This document shows positions 52,001 to 64,000 of a stretch of 64,000 nucleotides of DNA, piece after piece; the first letter of the stretch is position 1, and every line of letters begins with the position of its first letter. Below the pieces are notes generated by a model that was not told the origin of the DNA, ran no database searches, and worked only from the letters and a program-made list of their open reading frames with translations. The position numbers were made by a program, and so were the translations under genes. The DNA lies in the NCBI RefSeq assembly GCF_000143415.4, contig NW_003314380.1, forward strand, positions 404,281 to 468,280, given 5' to 3'. Source of the DNA: Selaginella moellendorffii. Lineage: Eukaryota > Plantae > Lycopodiophyta.

Positions 52001-53153
52001 AACCAGAACGTCAAAGAAGTTTTACCTCGACGAAAGCATACAAATCTACATCTGAAGGAATTAGTCAACAGTGATGATGATCATCCAAGACGTCCCCATA
52101 ACCGAGGAACTTCTCGAGGTATATTTCTCTTAATTCTCTCCTTTTCTTAGTTCCTCAAAATGGTTGCAGCAAAAACTGTCAGGAGTAACTTCATTCTAGC
52201 TTGTCTTGATGCCTGAGAAGAGTACCTGGAGGAATTTACATTTACCATATGCCATATGACGGTATGTAAATTTTTCTTAAGTTCACATCTTATCTTTGTC
52301 TTCTCCCTCTAGATTCGCCCTATTTCCCCAATAGCATTCCGTGGTGAAGTTGGGAACTTTATTGGCTCCTACAGTTCATTGATGGGATCTTTTGAGGAGG
52401 ATGCTGAGAATATGGCTATCCGGAGCGCTTTTGTCAGAAGACCGCTCAAGAGCACAAACTTCATACTCTTTCACATGCCAGATGGTCTTCGAGACGCTAA
52501 TGGTGATGTCCTAAGCTGAAACAACCTGACTAAAGACCACTTGAAGAATGCATTCCTTTTGGCAGCAATTCTCCTTCACACAACCGGTCAAATTGCCTTC
52601 ATTCTCCTAAATGACCCCCATTGGATGTCCTGCCTTATGAGGTATGCAAGTTGAGTCAACTTCAAGAGGTTCTCTTCCGGGTGCATCATGGATAGTGTTG
52701 GGGTCGAGACCAAAGGCGTCCTAAGCATGCTAGAGAAGGTAAGAAATCATCTTCTGTTTTGGTTGTCTCTAAAGTTTTATTATTCAGGTTATGATGTGGG
52801 CCTACCATGTGTTCTACAGAAGAGAAAATGACGGTTTTCGTGATAGCAAGTGTGCTGCAAGGGTTTTGCCAGGGTATGATAGCTTTACTGACATCATACC
52901 AAATCTCGTAGATGACGACATTCACAACACATTGTCTGGGTATCGGTTCCGATCTCCATCGGCGATGCATGTCCTACTTGAGCTTTATTGCCCAACTAGG
53001 GGTGTTGTCATCGATTGCATAGTAGGTAGTGGTTCGATGGTTGAAGCAGCACATGACTCTGGTAGATCGGTGTTTGTGATTGAAGAATATAAGTTCTTCA
53101 AACACCGTCTTAGAGGTTTTTGTCCTTCTCTATCAGTTGCTTCTAGGAGGTAA
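49026..53153 (+). pseudogene. Spliced gene: NLS + Pro-rich linker + ParB/Srx-like domain + beta-class amino DNA methyltransferase fold
   Basis: Exon 1 49026-49037; intron 49038-49669; FYIIDGNH ~50573-50596; exon 52313-52738 (NFILFHMPDG, AILLHTTGQIAFIL); last exon (RSPSAMHVLLELYC, GVVIDCIVGSGS, AAHDSGRSVFVIE). Stops look like single C>T or G>A changes. Confidence 0.75.
49080..49620. repeat. GC-rich CCAAGTGCC/GGCACTTGG array, copy 2
   Basis: Inverted homologue of 15735-16240. Confidence 0.85.
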
Positions 53154-54416
53154 TTTATGATGTTTTAAAAACTTATATATAATATATATTTAGTTTTCTA
53201 GAAGTCTTCCTAGGTATGTATAGCACATCATATGCAATGTATAAATTGAGGAGTGGTATGAAAAATTTATTTATTAATGATACATTAAAAGACAATTGAA
53301 TGCATCCACTTGCAATAAGAAAGATGTGTCACATGTCAATGTGATAATGATTGTGACAGTGACAGTGTCAGTGCAGCAAATAGTGACAGTGATAGTATCA
53401 GTGACAAAGACAATGTCAGTGTCAGAGATGACAGAGTTACAATGTCAGTCTGTCAAATTTCATAATTACTAGTATTATGAGTTTATTATCTATAGGTAAA
53501 ACAATTTTGTTAATAAAAAAAAGGCAAGGGGGGGGAATGGATATTATCATAGTATAAGAATTATTAGTAGCTAGAATTTTCAATAGGATGGCCTAAAAGT
53601 ACCATATTCAACACTTGTGGATGTAGGATTTACTAACGGAATATTGTTCCTCACCATGAAATGATAATGATTGTGTGTTCTTAACTCTTTCTTGATTTTC
53701 TTATACATTCATTTATGCACACCTTCCACACCAATTCTTGGGCAGTTGTGACAACGTTCTAGAAAAGTTTTTAGACTCATACAGCCTTCCTTTTTATCTA
53801 AATAAAAGTAGCAAATGGGACACTGGAGATAATATGTGTTCATTCTTTCAAAAGTTTCAACCATATCTGGAGCAAGATTTTGAAGAAACATCTGGCATCA
53901 CTCTTGAAGCACATAAGGCAATCCATCTTTAGTAGCAACATCTAGAACATTATCTGGAAGAGGGATCTCTTGTTCAATCACATTTGGGGCTACAAAAGAA
54001 AAAGCCTTATAACGATTGTTGTGTGGAGGGAAGGGTGGAATGTTAGTAGAAGTTGAAGACGAAGGTAGAGACTCATATGAAATGCATGGGGGCCAAGTGC
54101 GAGTAGCAATAGCATTTTCCCTAGCCATTCCTACACTCTAAACAAACTGAAATTTCAATGTTGAAAGCATCCCTTGTCGATATTTATACTAAGAAAAGAT
54201 CTAGGGATTCTTGAAAGTTTAAATTGTCAGTCTCAAAAATGGGACTTCAGAATTATAATAGTGTCAGAACCACTTGTATATATAATAATATCTTTATACA
54301 TGCTAGAATAATATCATTCTCAAAAATATAAGATTCTCCACTTTACTCATAAAAAATTAAACTTTTGAAAACTATGCATAACTTCATATTACATTAAGGG
54401 TGGCCTAAATATCCCC

Positions 54417-54516
54417 NNNNNNNNNNNNNNNNNNNNNNNNNNNNNNNNNNNNNNNNNNNNNNNNNNNNNNNNNNNNNNNNNNNNNNNNNNNNNNNNNNNN
54501 NNNNNNNNNNNNNNNN
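54417..54516. other. Assembly gap (100 N)
   Basis: Run of n; corresponds to ~43093-43268 in the left arm. Confidence 1.
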
Positions 54517-57500
54517 CATGCAACCATCTGTCTTGTTTAAATAAAAGTTGCATATAGGACACTGAAAATAATATATATCTACATTAAGCTCCTTTGTCAT
54601 ATCTAGAGCAAGATTTTAAAGAAAATATTGACATTGTTCTTGGAGCATTGGAGGCAATCCAACTCTTTTAACAACATCATAAAACAGGAATTCCTGTTCA
54701 GTTGCACTCGAGGTTGCAAATGGAAGAGCCTCAAAATGAAAAGGAGGATTGTTGCATAGAGGTGAAGGTGGATTATTGGTTAAGATTAAAGATGAAGGTG
54801 GAAACTCATATGAAAGGTTTCCGAGACTAAAAGTAAACTTCTTCCTAACCATTGCAACGCACAAGAAGAATTAAACTTCCCAACAATAAGAATTCTCTAA
54901 TTAATATACTATATTTCAATCTTGGGAATGATGTTTTATTATTACATGACAATATATTAAATCATAATTGTCAATCTTAGTAGCTAAAAACTAGTATATA
55001 ATTAATATGTAGCCTTATTTTATATAGCTGGCCTACCATATATAATAATGGTGAATACACACAAGCACACGAACATGCCTTTTTGCAAGATTACCTTTCA
55101 ATCCCAAAATCATATATAGATTTAACTCTTTGATTTGTCCACATCATATATCTTTGTAAAGACAAAACATATCAAAAATAATAAGATATATATAAAAAAC
55201 TTACATTTTTTTATAATATTTAAGTGGATTACAAAAGCCATTGAAAGGTTGACCATCTGGATCCTACTCGGAGGCTTGTGTAGAGGAGGCTACATGGTTG
55301 CAATTGTGTTGTCCTAAAGGACGGGATGAAAGTCAAGAATCTTGACCATGTAGGGTTTCGGGATTTCAAGCGGGACTTCTTGGCAGATGTAGCCCCTTTC
55401 CTTCTTGCCCTGCCAAAGTGTGTGGATTTTACCAAAGTTACCCATCGCTGGAATATTGGACAATGTGGAGAAGCAAGGCAAATTGTACCATTTGATGATG
55501 AATGGGTTGTGTTAACTGATTATTGTATTCTGTAATATATGTTATAATTTTCCCCCCAATAGTTTATGGAAGTGACTTTCGAGCTCAGGATTTCCTGCAT
55601 GTCTTGTGTGAAACAAAATGGTAAAACAAGCCAAAAGAACACCAAGTTTTCAAGCTCTTCTGCTTCAAAAGTGTATCATCCTAGTAATGAGCTCACAACT
55701 TTTGCTTGACCGAGCCTGAAAGAGATTGGAAAAAATGAGCTACCTCCTGGTACTTGATACATTAGGCAAACATGAAGGCAAAGAAGACCGGGAAGCCGAC
55801 CAAGACACCCGCGACAACACCCAAAAGTCATGTCGTAGCCAAAGTAACTCTCCACAAACGCCTTGACAGTCATGTATCACGCATTGGGTGTCATGAGGCG
55901 CACAAGATCATTTGCATACTGGGATGCGACCCAGCCATACAAATCCAATAGTGATCCACATTCTCGGAAAGTCCAAGGAAAAGCAAAAAGCTGTTCATAT
56001 CCAACTTAGGTTTGGTGGTCAACACTAAACCAAAAACAATGAAGATGAATAGGACGATGTTATTGTCCCTGCCCTACAAGTATTTTCACGTGTTTTCGTC
56101 TGCAGCAGAGGAACCACGGTACTGAATATCCACATTCTGGTATTGAAATGAAGCTGGTCACTTGAGCGATTAGTTTTTAGCTGATCAAAACGGTTTTAAT
56201 GTACAATGTTTAAATCGTGATTTTCATTTGTGAATACTTTAGTGTTCTTAATTTGGATTTTCTTTACATTTCGCTTTATAGGTATAAAGAATATACCTAA
56301 ATATCTAAGTATATTCTAGAATATTCTCTAATCTAGCAACTTTAAAGTTTTCATATAAAAAACTATGAAGTTCTTTATTTTGCCTCATATCTAGACCAAT
56401 AGCTAATGCAGAGGGTCTCAATCTTTCATACAGCCGCCTTGCTCTATTGATTTGATCCAACATAGAAAACTGGTGACATGCCAGAAAGAAAAGAAGTATA
56501 CATGTAACGAAACAAATCAAGGAATTCTTTTCTGCTTTCTTTCCTTCTGGCAAGTCAATAATTTTCAGCTGGATCGAACCAACAAAGCAAGGTGGGAGAT
56601 GTCTGAAGTTCTTAGAAAGATTGAAATTGTTGGCGGAGGTGCAACTTAATGAAACGTACCACATGTTCTAATTGTCTTGCTCTCATTCGATGAGCAGACT
56701 AGTATGAAGAAAGGATGACAAAAACCTCCTGTTGTTTACGAAGTTCTTGGAATTGTCATGTATGGCTCGCAAAAGCACAGAAAGCTTCAAGACTTGACCT
56801 TCCTGCTTGATTTCTTTAAAGCACCGCATGGCACAGACTACAAACAAAGATTTAAGACTGGTTTAAATTATGAAATCAAGATTTACCTTCAAAGTGCTTG
56901 CAAGAGCTACAATGCAGCCAACCACGGCCAACAGTAACTGCTTCTCGTCCGAAATAGAAGTTTCAGAAATAAACCATGCTAGGATGTTCAGGCGTAGTGC
57001 TATCTGGTATTAGTGTTAGTGACAACAAGTAAAACACTGAGCTTTCCAACAGAAAAGAAACAGCATCGGAAGTATGCCCAAGGAGAATTAACAGTAAACT
57101 TCCTGGAAAGTTTTGCAAAAATAAGATAAATACTATCACGAACCTGCAATAGAGAAGATTAGTATTTCTTCTTGATGGAATTTTATTATGTTGGAGTCCA
57201 AGAACGAGATGATCCTACACAATACAAGAAGTTTCCCCAGACGTAGATACTGGTCAGCACCGAACTGAGAAACATAATCAACCTAAAAAAAATTCAAGGG
57301 TATCAGTGTTAGTTGCGATTGCTGACACTCCTCACAAAGAAATGGAACATATTTCTTTAATAACTGCTCTGGGTTTCCTAGCTGGTTAATTTCTTGCGAG
57401 AATAATAAAACTCAAACTTACCATCGGGACCTTCCACAAAGCATATTGGAAGTCGCGAAGACTCAACATTTTGGAGTTGTCAGATATCATAGCTGCTTCT

Positions 57501-59427
57501 AGCATTAAATCAGTTAGAATGTGATCCTGCACTGCAATTTATAGTTCACATCGGTATACCACACATCTTGAACAAAATAGCTCGGGAGATGCAACAGCGT
57601 GGTGTCCACGGCTGGCTTCTTGTAGGATCCATGCATCTCATCTCAAGTGGGCAGAGATCAAGTGGAAGCTGGAGAGCTATCCCAATTCTCGGGAGATGCG
57701 ATGAAGAAAATGGTGGGATTGTTGATTTTTGTAGAGAGAATATCCGCACCTTTGTGAAACGTTTTCCTACAGGCCTTTCGAATCCACGGAACCTGGAAGT
57801 CAAAACAAGAGGCAGTAGCTTCAGAACACTTAAAAGCTCACCCCTACAAGTTCTGTTGTGGTACAGAGTGAATGAGTTTGCCTATGGGAACCTCAAAGCC
57901 AATGCCAAGTACCTTTTTTGACGACTCTGCAAAGTCATAGAAAGAAAGAAACAAATGAAGAGAGAGAGAGAGAGAGAGAGAGAGGAATTGATCCATCAAT
58001 TTTATCTGTCTAGGTTTCTAGTTTCTTCCATACCTTGAGGAGCCAATTGTTAAATTCCATCGAGTACTACTCCTCTTTTTAAGTAATTTGTTGTGCTATT
58101 TAAAATATACTACTCCTCTTTTTAAATTTCTTTTGTGCTATCTAAAATATATCACAATGTATATTCTAATATATTTCTTAACATACTTGAATGCTAAGAA
58201 TAACAACAAATGAGGCTCAGCATTTGTTTAAATTGAGGCATTTGCATAGCATTGAATATTAATGTTAATTGCTAGCTGTTGCACACCAAGACAAATGGCA
58301 AGGAATGGTGTCCCCACTAGTTTCTAGTTTTTAAATAACTAGAAAAATATTTAACTCTCTTAAGTTCTTTCGTGTTTAACCATTAGGCCATCAATCTTAG
58401 ACGGCTGGATTTTGTGCCCTCTATATTACAACTAGCCATTATGTAATCTTTTCAAGTTCATCATTTCCAAGGGATCCAAGTGATTAACTATAATTGAAAA
58501 AAAAAATATTAGAGACAATTTATAATTTAGAGAAAATTTATTTAATATTATTATTGTAAACTTATAGTAATGAAATTAGAATGCTACATCAGCTAGACCA
58601 AGAGACAGCTATATAATGAATAATGATGTTAGAAACATTAATTTTTAAGTTACTCTAATATTTAGTTTACTTCCTTATTTATATTATATTACATCTAGAT
58701 TAGAAATAAAACAAAAACAATTATTAACTTACAAAAACTCCTTTAAATCAAGCATAACCTATAATATAAAGAAATTATGAAATATTTTAAATGGGTTTAT
58801 ACCCAATATTGTTTATAAAAAAAGATCAATAATTAAATATCTTGCTTAATTTTGTATTGAAATGCATTCAATATTATAATTTTAGTTGAAGACTTTAATA
58901 AGTGTTGGGACACTCTCTAATATTAGTATGAAACTTTATCCCAAAAAACACAAAATTTTCAAACTCTTTTGTTTTTCCAAAGAAAATATCAAAAACTTTT
59001 ACACATAGACAGTTTCCATACGAGGACATGATCAGGCCAGACAGATCCAATAGTACCAGATCCAACACTTTGGAATCCTCTGCAGGAAAAACTCAAAGTG
59101 TTGTGAGCAAGCAAGACAAAAATATGGGAATCATAAAGCCCGAGAATAGATTGAAGACCGATTAAAGTAAATAACATGACGAAGAAGCAAGAACTTTCAC
59201 AATAACACAAGGTTACGCAGCAGTTTAGCTAGTCTCTTTATAAATGATTTCACTTTTCTGAGCTAAGTGTACTTTTGAGGTAGAGAATTATGGCACAGCC
59301 AAGATGAGGGAGTACTAGGATATCCTTAAGGAAAGCAAGCACCGCTCACATCACTAATGCCTTCAACTTAAAAAGATAGTCCATACTCATATAATAGTGC
59401 TTTAGTCACCGGATTACGATCCTTTTT

Positions 59428-62400
59428 GGGCGTCGAGGGACGGGAGATGGGGAATGAAAAGAATGAGAACTAGAATGAGAAGGATAGCAGTAGTGGAAGT
59501 TATGAGCAAGGTCAGGAGAATGAATTAAGTGGTTTGTAGGTTCCCAAGTGCATTCCTTGGGTCCGTAGCCCTTCTAGTCTACCAGATAGTAGAGTTTAGA
59601 CTGTGAGACCTTGGAATCAAGGATGTCCTGAACTTTGTACTCAAACCCATCCTCGAGCTGCAGTGGAGGTGGAGGAATGACCTGATTTGGAATAGGACTG
59701 GGAATATAAGGCTCAAGGAGAGAGGAGTGAAAAACAGGGTGAATTTGATATGAGGAGGGAAGTGCAAGGCGATAAATGACAGAATTAATGATGGCAGTGA
59801 TAGGGAAAGGACCAAAGCGTTTGAAATAAGTTTGGGACATAGCCTGGTGGTGGAGATATTTCACCTAAGGAGCTAAACTTTATCCCCGATATTGTAAGAG
59901 GGACAATCCTGACGATGGACATTGGTGAGTGTTTTGTGAGATTTTTGAGCACGATGAAGGTGGAAGGAGATGGAGTTATGGATTTCCTAGAGGTTAGAGA
60001 TAAATGCCTCAAAGCGGGGATTTGAACGAGAGGATTCGGATAGAGAAGGAAGTGAGAGATTAAATTAGGGATTTCAGCTAAAGTTTGCAAAGAAGGGGGA
60101 AATTTGAAGGGAGGAGTGAATGGAGTTGTTATAGGAGAACTCAGTAAGGGGAAGGATATCGAACCAGTCATTATGATGATAGTTGATGAAACACCTCAGG
60201 AATTGTTCCAATGTTTAAATCATTCGCTTGAACTGTCCATCAGTTTGAGGATGATACGCTGAAGAGAGGTTGGCCTTCACTCCAAGAAGCTGCAGGAACC
60301 GTTGCCAAAAATGAGAGATGAACTGAGGTCCCCGATCCGAAACTACATCTGCAAGAATCCCATGAAGTCGGAAAATTTCCTTGAATACCAGTTTTGCCAT
60401 GTCCTCGCCTAAAAGCTCCTTGGTACACGACAGGAAGTGCGCCATCTTTGTGAAGCGATCCACCATGACTAAAATATTATTGAAGCCTCCAGAACTAGGA
60501 AAATCACTCAAGAAATCCATTGAGATGGATTCCCAAGGACCTGAAAGGACCGGGAGGGAATGAAGCAAACCTAAAGGAAAGTGGCAAAGTACCTTATTCT
60601 AGGCATAAGTGTCACAAGAGGTAACAAAAGCTTTGATGTAATTGTCCATATGAGGCCACCAAAAGTCCCGTGCAACCAGACCGATATTTCGAGGTCATCT
60701 AGGCGCTCTATAAACATTGCTCATAGGTTTTCGCAATGCCGAAGTGACCAGCAGTTGGGCTATCGTGGCATGCTATCAGGACCAACCTTCGAGCATCACC
60801 TTCAGCAATGTAAAGCTGCTCCCCACAGTACAACAAGCCATCTAAAAACTCGAATGCGTCAAATCGCCGGCAATCGAGAGTCATTGGATGTCCAGCCTAA
60901 AGATGGGGGAAAATGTCACTGGCGAGGTCGTCAGATTGAAGATCATTTCTGATCGCGTCCATCAAGGAGGAGTCTTGAGGGGCCAGGGAAATTGCCATAA
61001 CTTGAAGCCGATCAGGACCAAGGATAACTTGATCCTGTTGATCGAAAGTAGGATTACCAGGCCTGAGACTGAGATAGGAGTGCCTTGAAAGAGCATCAGG
61101 AAGGCCCTGAAGCTTTCTAGGTTTGTACTTGATAACAAAATCAAACTAACTTAGGAATTGTGCCCACCTTGCCTGACAACGGCTCAAAACTCAGGAAGTG
61201 GCAAAGTACTCCAGATTTTTGTGATCCGTCTAGACCATTGTTTGATGGGTGGCCCCCTCCTAGAAACGATGCCACTTTCCAAAAGAATCCATGATGACAA
61301 AGAGCTCCTTGTCGTGGATTTCATAATTAATCTCCGTAGGCTGGAATTTTCAAGAATGGAAAGCGACCAGATGAAATTCCTGATCTGCTCCGAGTTGAGA
61401 CAGCACAACACCGATGGCAAAGTCGGAGGCATCTACCTCGATGAAGAAAGGTTGTGAGGGATCAATGTGGATCAAGACGGGAGTAGAACTGAAGGCCGCC
61501 TTAAGTGTGTCAAAGGCTTGCTAAGCAACAACAGACCAAGAGAAGGGAACATCCTTGCGAGTGAGATGCATGAGAGGAACGACAATGTTGAAGTAGTGAT
61601 CAATGAATTTGCGGTAGAAATTAGCGAAGCCAAGGAAAACCTGAATGTCTGACATTGATTGTGGAGGCTCCCATTCAAGAATAGTCTTGACTTTGGCAGG
61701 ATCCATCGTGATACCCTCATGAGTGACAATGTACCCAAGGAACTCCACAGACTCTTGATTGAAGGAACATTTCTCAAGCTTTACGTATAGGCCATGTTCC
61801 TGTAGCTTTGCTAGCACCTTGCGCACATGTTCGTCGTGCTCCTCTTGAGTTTTTGTGTAGATGAGGATGTCATCAAGGTAAATGATCACCATCACATCAA
61901 GAAACTCTCGAAAGACGTCGTTCGCCATGTGTTGGAAAACTGTTGGAGCATTTGTCAAGCCAAAAGGCATGACAGTGTACTCGAAGTGGCCATAGTGGGT
62001 TCAGAATGCAGTCTTCCATTCATCGCCAGGCCGGATCTGGATCAGGTTGTATGCTCCACAGAGGTGAATCTTGGTGAAGAAGTAGGCACCACCGAGGCGT
62101 TCCAAAGACAATGGTTCCGAACAGCTACCTTGTTCAAACCTCGATAGTCGATGACTAGTCGTAAACTCCCATACTTCTTGACAAAGAAGATAGGTTCTCC
62201 AATCGGGGATTGCGAATGCTAAATGTACCCCGATGCAAGGTTCTCATCCATGTATTCTTTGAGGGTTATAAGCTTCTAAGTTTGGACTTCCTGGGAGGTC
62301 ACCCAGGATAGTATTATTCAAACCCAAAGACGCTTAACCCCAAATATCCCAAGACCTTTAACCAATTGGAAAAGGGGGTGCACTCTTGTTCATAGCCCCT

Positions 62401-64000
62401 TTCCCTCTATATTTGAACCCTATAGACTGTGTCTCGAATCGTTCCCTTTGGTTGTTTACAAGGGCCTTAAACTCGGACGGGGATAACTTGTAGATAGGCC
62501 CCCATGGAGGTGATGCTCCTTCCTGTAAATCAATAGGACAGTTATAAGGCCGATGAATAGGTAGTACACTAGTTTTTTTCTTGTCAAACACATTCCCAAA
62601 ATCATGATACTTCTCAGGAAGACTGACAAGAGAACCATGCAAAGCAAAAAGGAAAATAGATTCTTTGTGAAGGAGTTCGTTTATAGTGATTGTGGAGATA
62701 GAAGGAGGCGTATGACTGAATGGAATGATGGGACAAGGATACTGTCTAGTGTAAGATGGAAGAGAGGGAAAATAAGAGGGTGGAAACTTTGTAGAGTTAG
62801 GAACAGAACCCCAATTTGAGTTTAGGGGAACTTTTTCTAATTCGGACTCAATGAACAGGGGAAGACGTGGGAGATGCTGATGTGGGAGAGACAAGTTGTA
62901 ATTCCTTCTAATAAATCTGAGGCTGGTGCAGTTGGAACCAAGGAAGGCCGAGCACCATAGAGGAAGATTTGCTGTTGATGATGTTGAAGGTGATATCAGT
63001 AACAGTGGACCCAATATGTACTTGAACGGGCAATGTTTCCCTAAGTCCAGAAGATGGAGACACAAATTGCCCACCAATGCCTTCAACCCTCAAATCCCGT
63101 ATGGTAGGAGAAAGAGGAACATGATGTTGGGCAACAAAGTTCGTGTCCATGAAGCAAGAAGTTGCACTCGAGTCCAGTAGCGCCAGAGCCTTGAGTCTTG
63201 ATTGTTCGGTGAAAGAAAGGAGACATAGGATGCAAAAGTTGCAAGAATTGGTGGTGGCTTTGATAGAAGGTGGTGAGGAGTTTGATAAAGAAGAAAATTT
63301 GTTTTTATTCGAGGAGTTCAAATAGACAGCTCTTACTCTGTTTAGACAGGGTCGTTTCCCGATTGCAATAGAGGTGGACCTTGAGGCAGAGTGAACTTGA
63401 GCAGTCAGGGAGGCTTCTTGGGACACACAACTGCTTTGTGATTAGGATTAGCATAGTAGAGGCAAAGATTCTGAGATACTTGACTTTGCTTCTCAGCAGG
63501 ACTTAGCTTCCCTCTGATGAGTCAGGGAGTACCAGAAATATCCATCAAGACTGGAGTAGTAGGTTCAGGAGTATGGGATTTCTGAATCTAGGATAGGAAA
63601 ACGGTGGCGCGGTGACTTTCCTAACAATGTTCAAAGAGACAATTGTCGCATCGAATAACTTTGTTGATGGCGTCTGACAGGTCCGTGGGATCCTCCATGG
63701 TGAGCAACAAATCCTTGACACTATTGTTGAGGCCAAAACAAAATTGATCAATCAGGGCCCGCTCATCTTATTGAGTATCCAAGGCAAGGAGTTGGAACTT
63801 CGTAGCATAGATTGAGGCAAGACGAGACCCCTGAGAGAGACATCTCATCTTTGTGGTGGCAGCCCAAACCCAATCTATCTCGCTAAAACATGCTTCAAGA
63901 TCCTCTTTGAACAACTGAAGATCCATCAGCTCCAGAACCATGACCCCTTTCATGCTCTTCTCCAGGAGAGGAGAAACCATGACAAAGCTGCACCTTTGAG
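59428..64000 (-). mobile_element. Duplicated chromovirus copy with PPT and 3' LTR deleted, running off the window
   Basis: gag-pol-chromodomain mirror of 27565-32664; lacks the TRIM; retains the RT segment (YLDD..CSF..VEFLG) that is lost in copy 1. Confidence 0.93.
62267..62460 (-). mobile_element. Cassandra-type solo LTR, mirror of 29125-29318
   Basis: Same insertion site and the same gccct/accct TSD mismatch. Confidence 0.85.

Larger units (their letters stand above)
44886..55246. mobile_element. Mutator-like DNA transposon, copy 2 (transposase, ParB-MTase gene, two Cys/His genes)
   Basis: Inverted homologue of copy 1. The right limit is taken as the junction with the FCP1-like fragment at 55247. 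Termini are not recognisable. Confidence 0.72.
52803..64000. repeat. Right arm of a large inverted duplication (mirror of 44885-41206, then 36233-27565)
   Basis: Continuous reverse-complement match, with junctions at 56395/56397 and ~59428. Confidence 0.92.

Noticed and set aside
42365-55246. Element with 2.5-kb gene-bearing terminal inverted repeats
   Set aside because: The inverted homology continues past 42365/55246 into FCP1 and PDR host fragments and beyond, with no TSD. It is a segmental inverted duplication, not a TIR pair.
59428-64000. Independent second chromovirus insertion
   Set aside because: It shares the downstream flank and the Cassandra insertion with copy 1.

Overview
Eukaryotic plant genomic DNA. 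The very short 50-80 nt introns, PLS-type PPR genes and Tcn1-like chromovirus suggest a lycophyte such as Selaginella, which is an inference only. The window opens with an intact full-size ABCG/PDR transporter gene (846-6572). Next come an SCP/FCP1-like phosphatase pseudogene, a PPR pseudogene and a DMR6-like 2OG-Fe(II) dioxygenase. The remaining ~52 kb is a rearranged mosaic of duplicated host-gene fragments and nested transposons. The most notable element is a degenerate Mutator-like DNA transposon present twice (14.6-22.9 kb and 44.9-55.2 kb). It pairs a GCM-like/DDE/SWIM transposase with a divergent, spliced cargo gene. That gene encodes an NLS, a Pro-rich linker, a ParB/Srx-like domain and a prokaryote-type beta-class amino (N4C/N6A) DNA methyltransferase fold. 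The element also has a GGCACTTGG motif array in intron 1 and two tandem small Cys/His-rich genes. Other elements are a chromodomain Ty3/gypsy with an apparent self-priming PBS, three 5S-rRNA-bearing Cassandra-type solo LTRs, a TRIM, a truncated LINE and filler insertions (P450, LINE). An inverted duplication with arms of at least 11 kb is centred on the second Mutator-like copy. All domain calls are by-eye motif recognition, with no database searches run.
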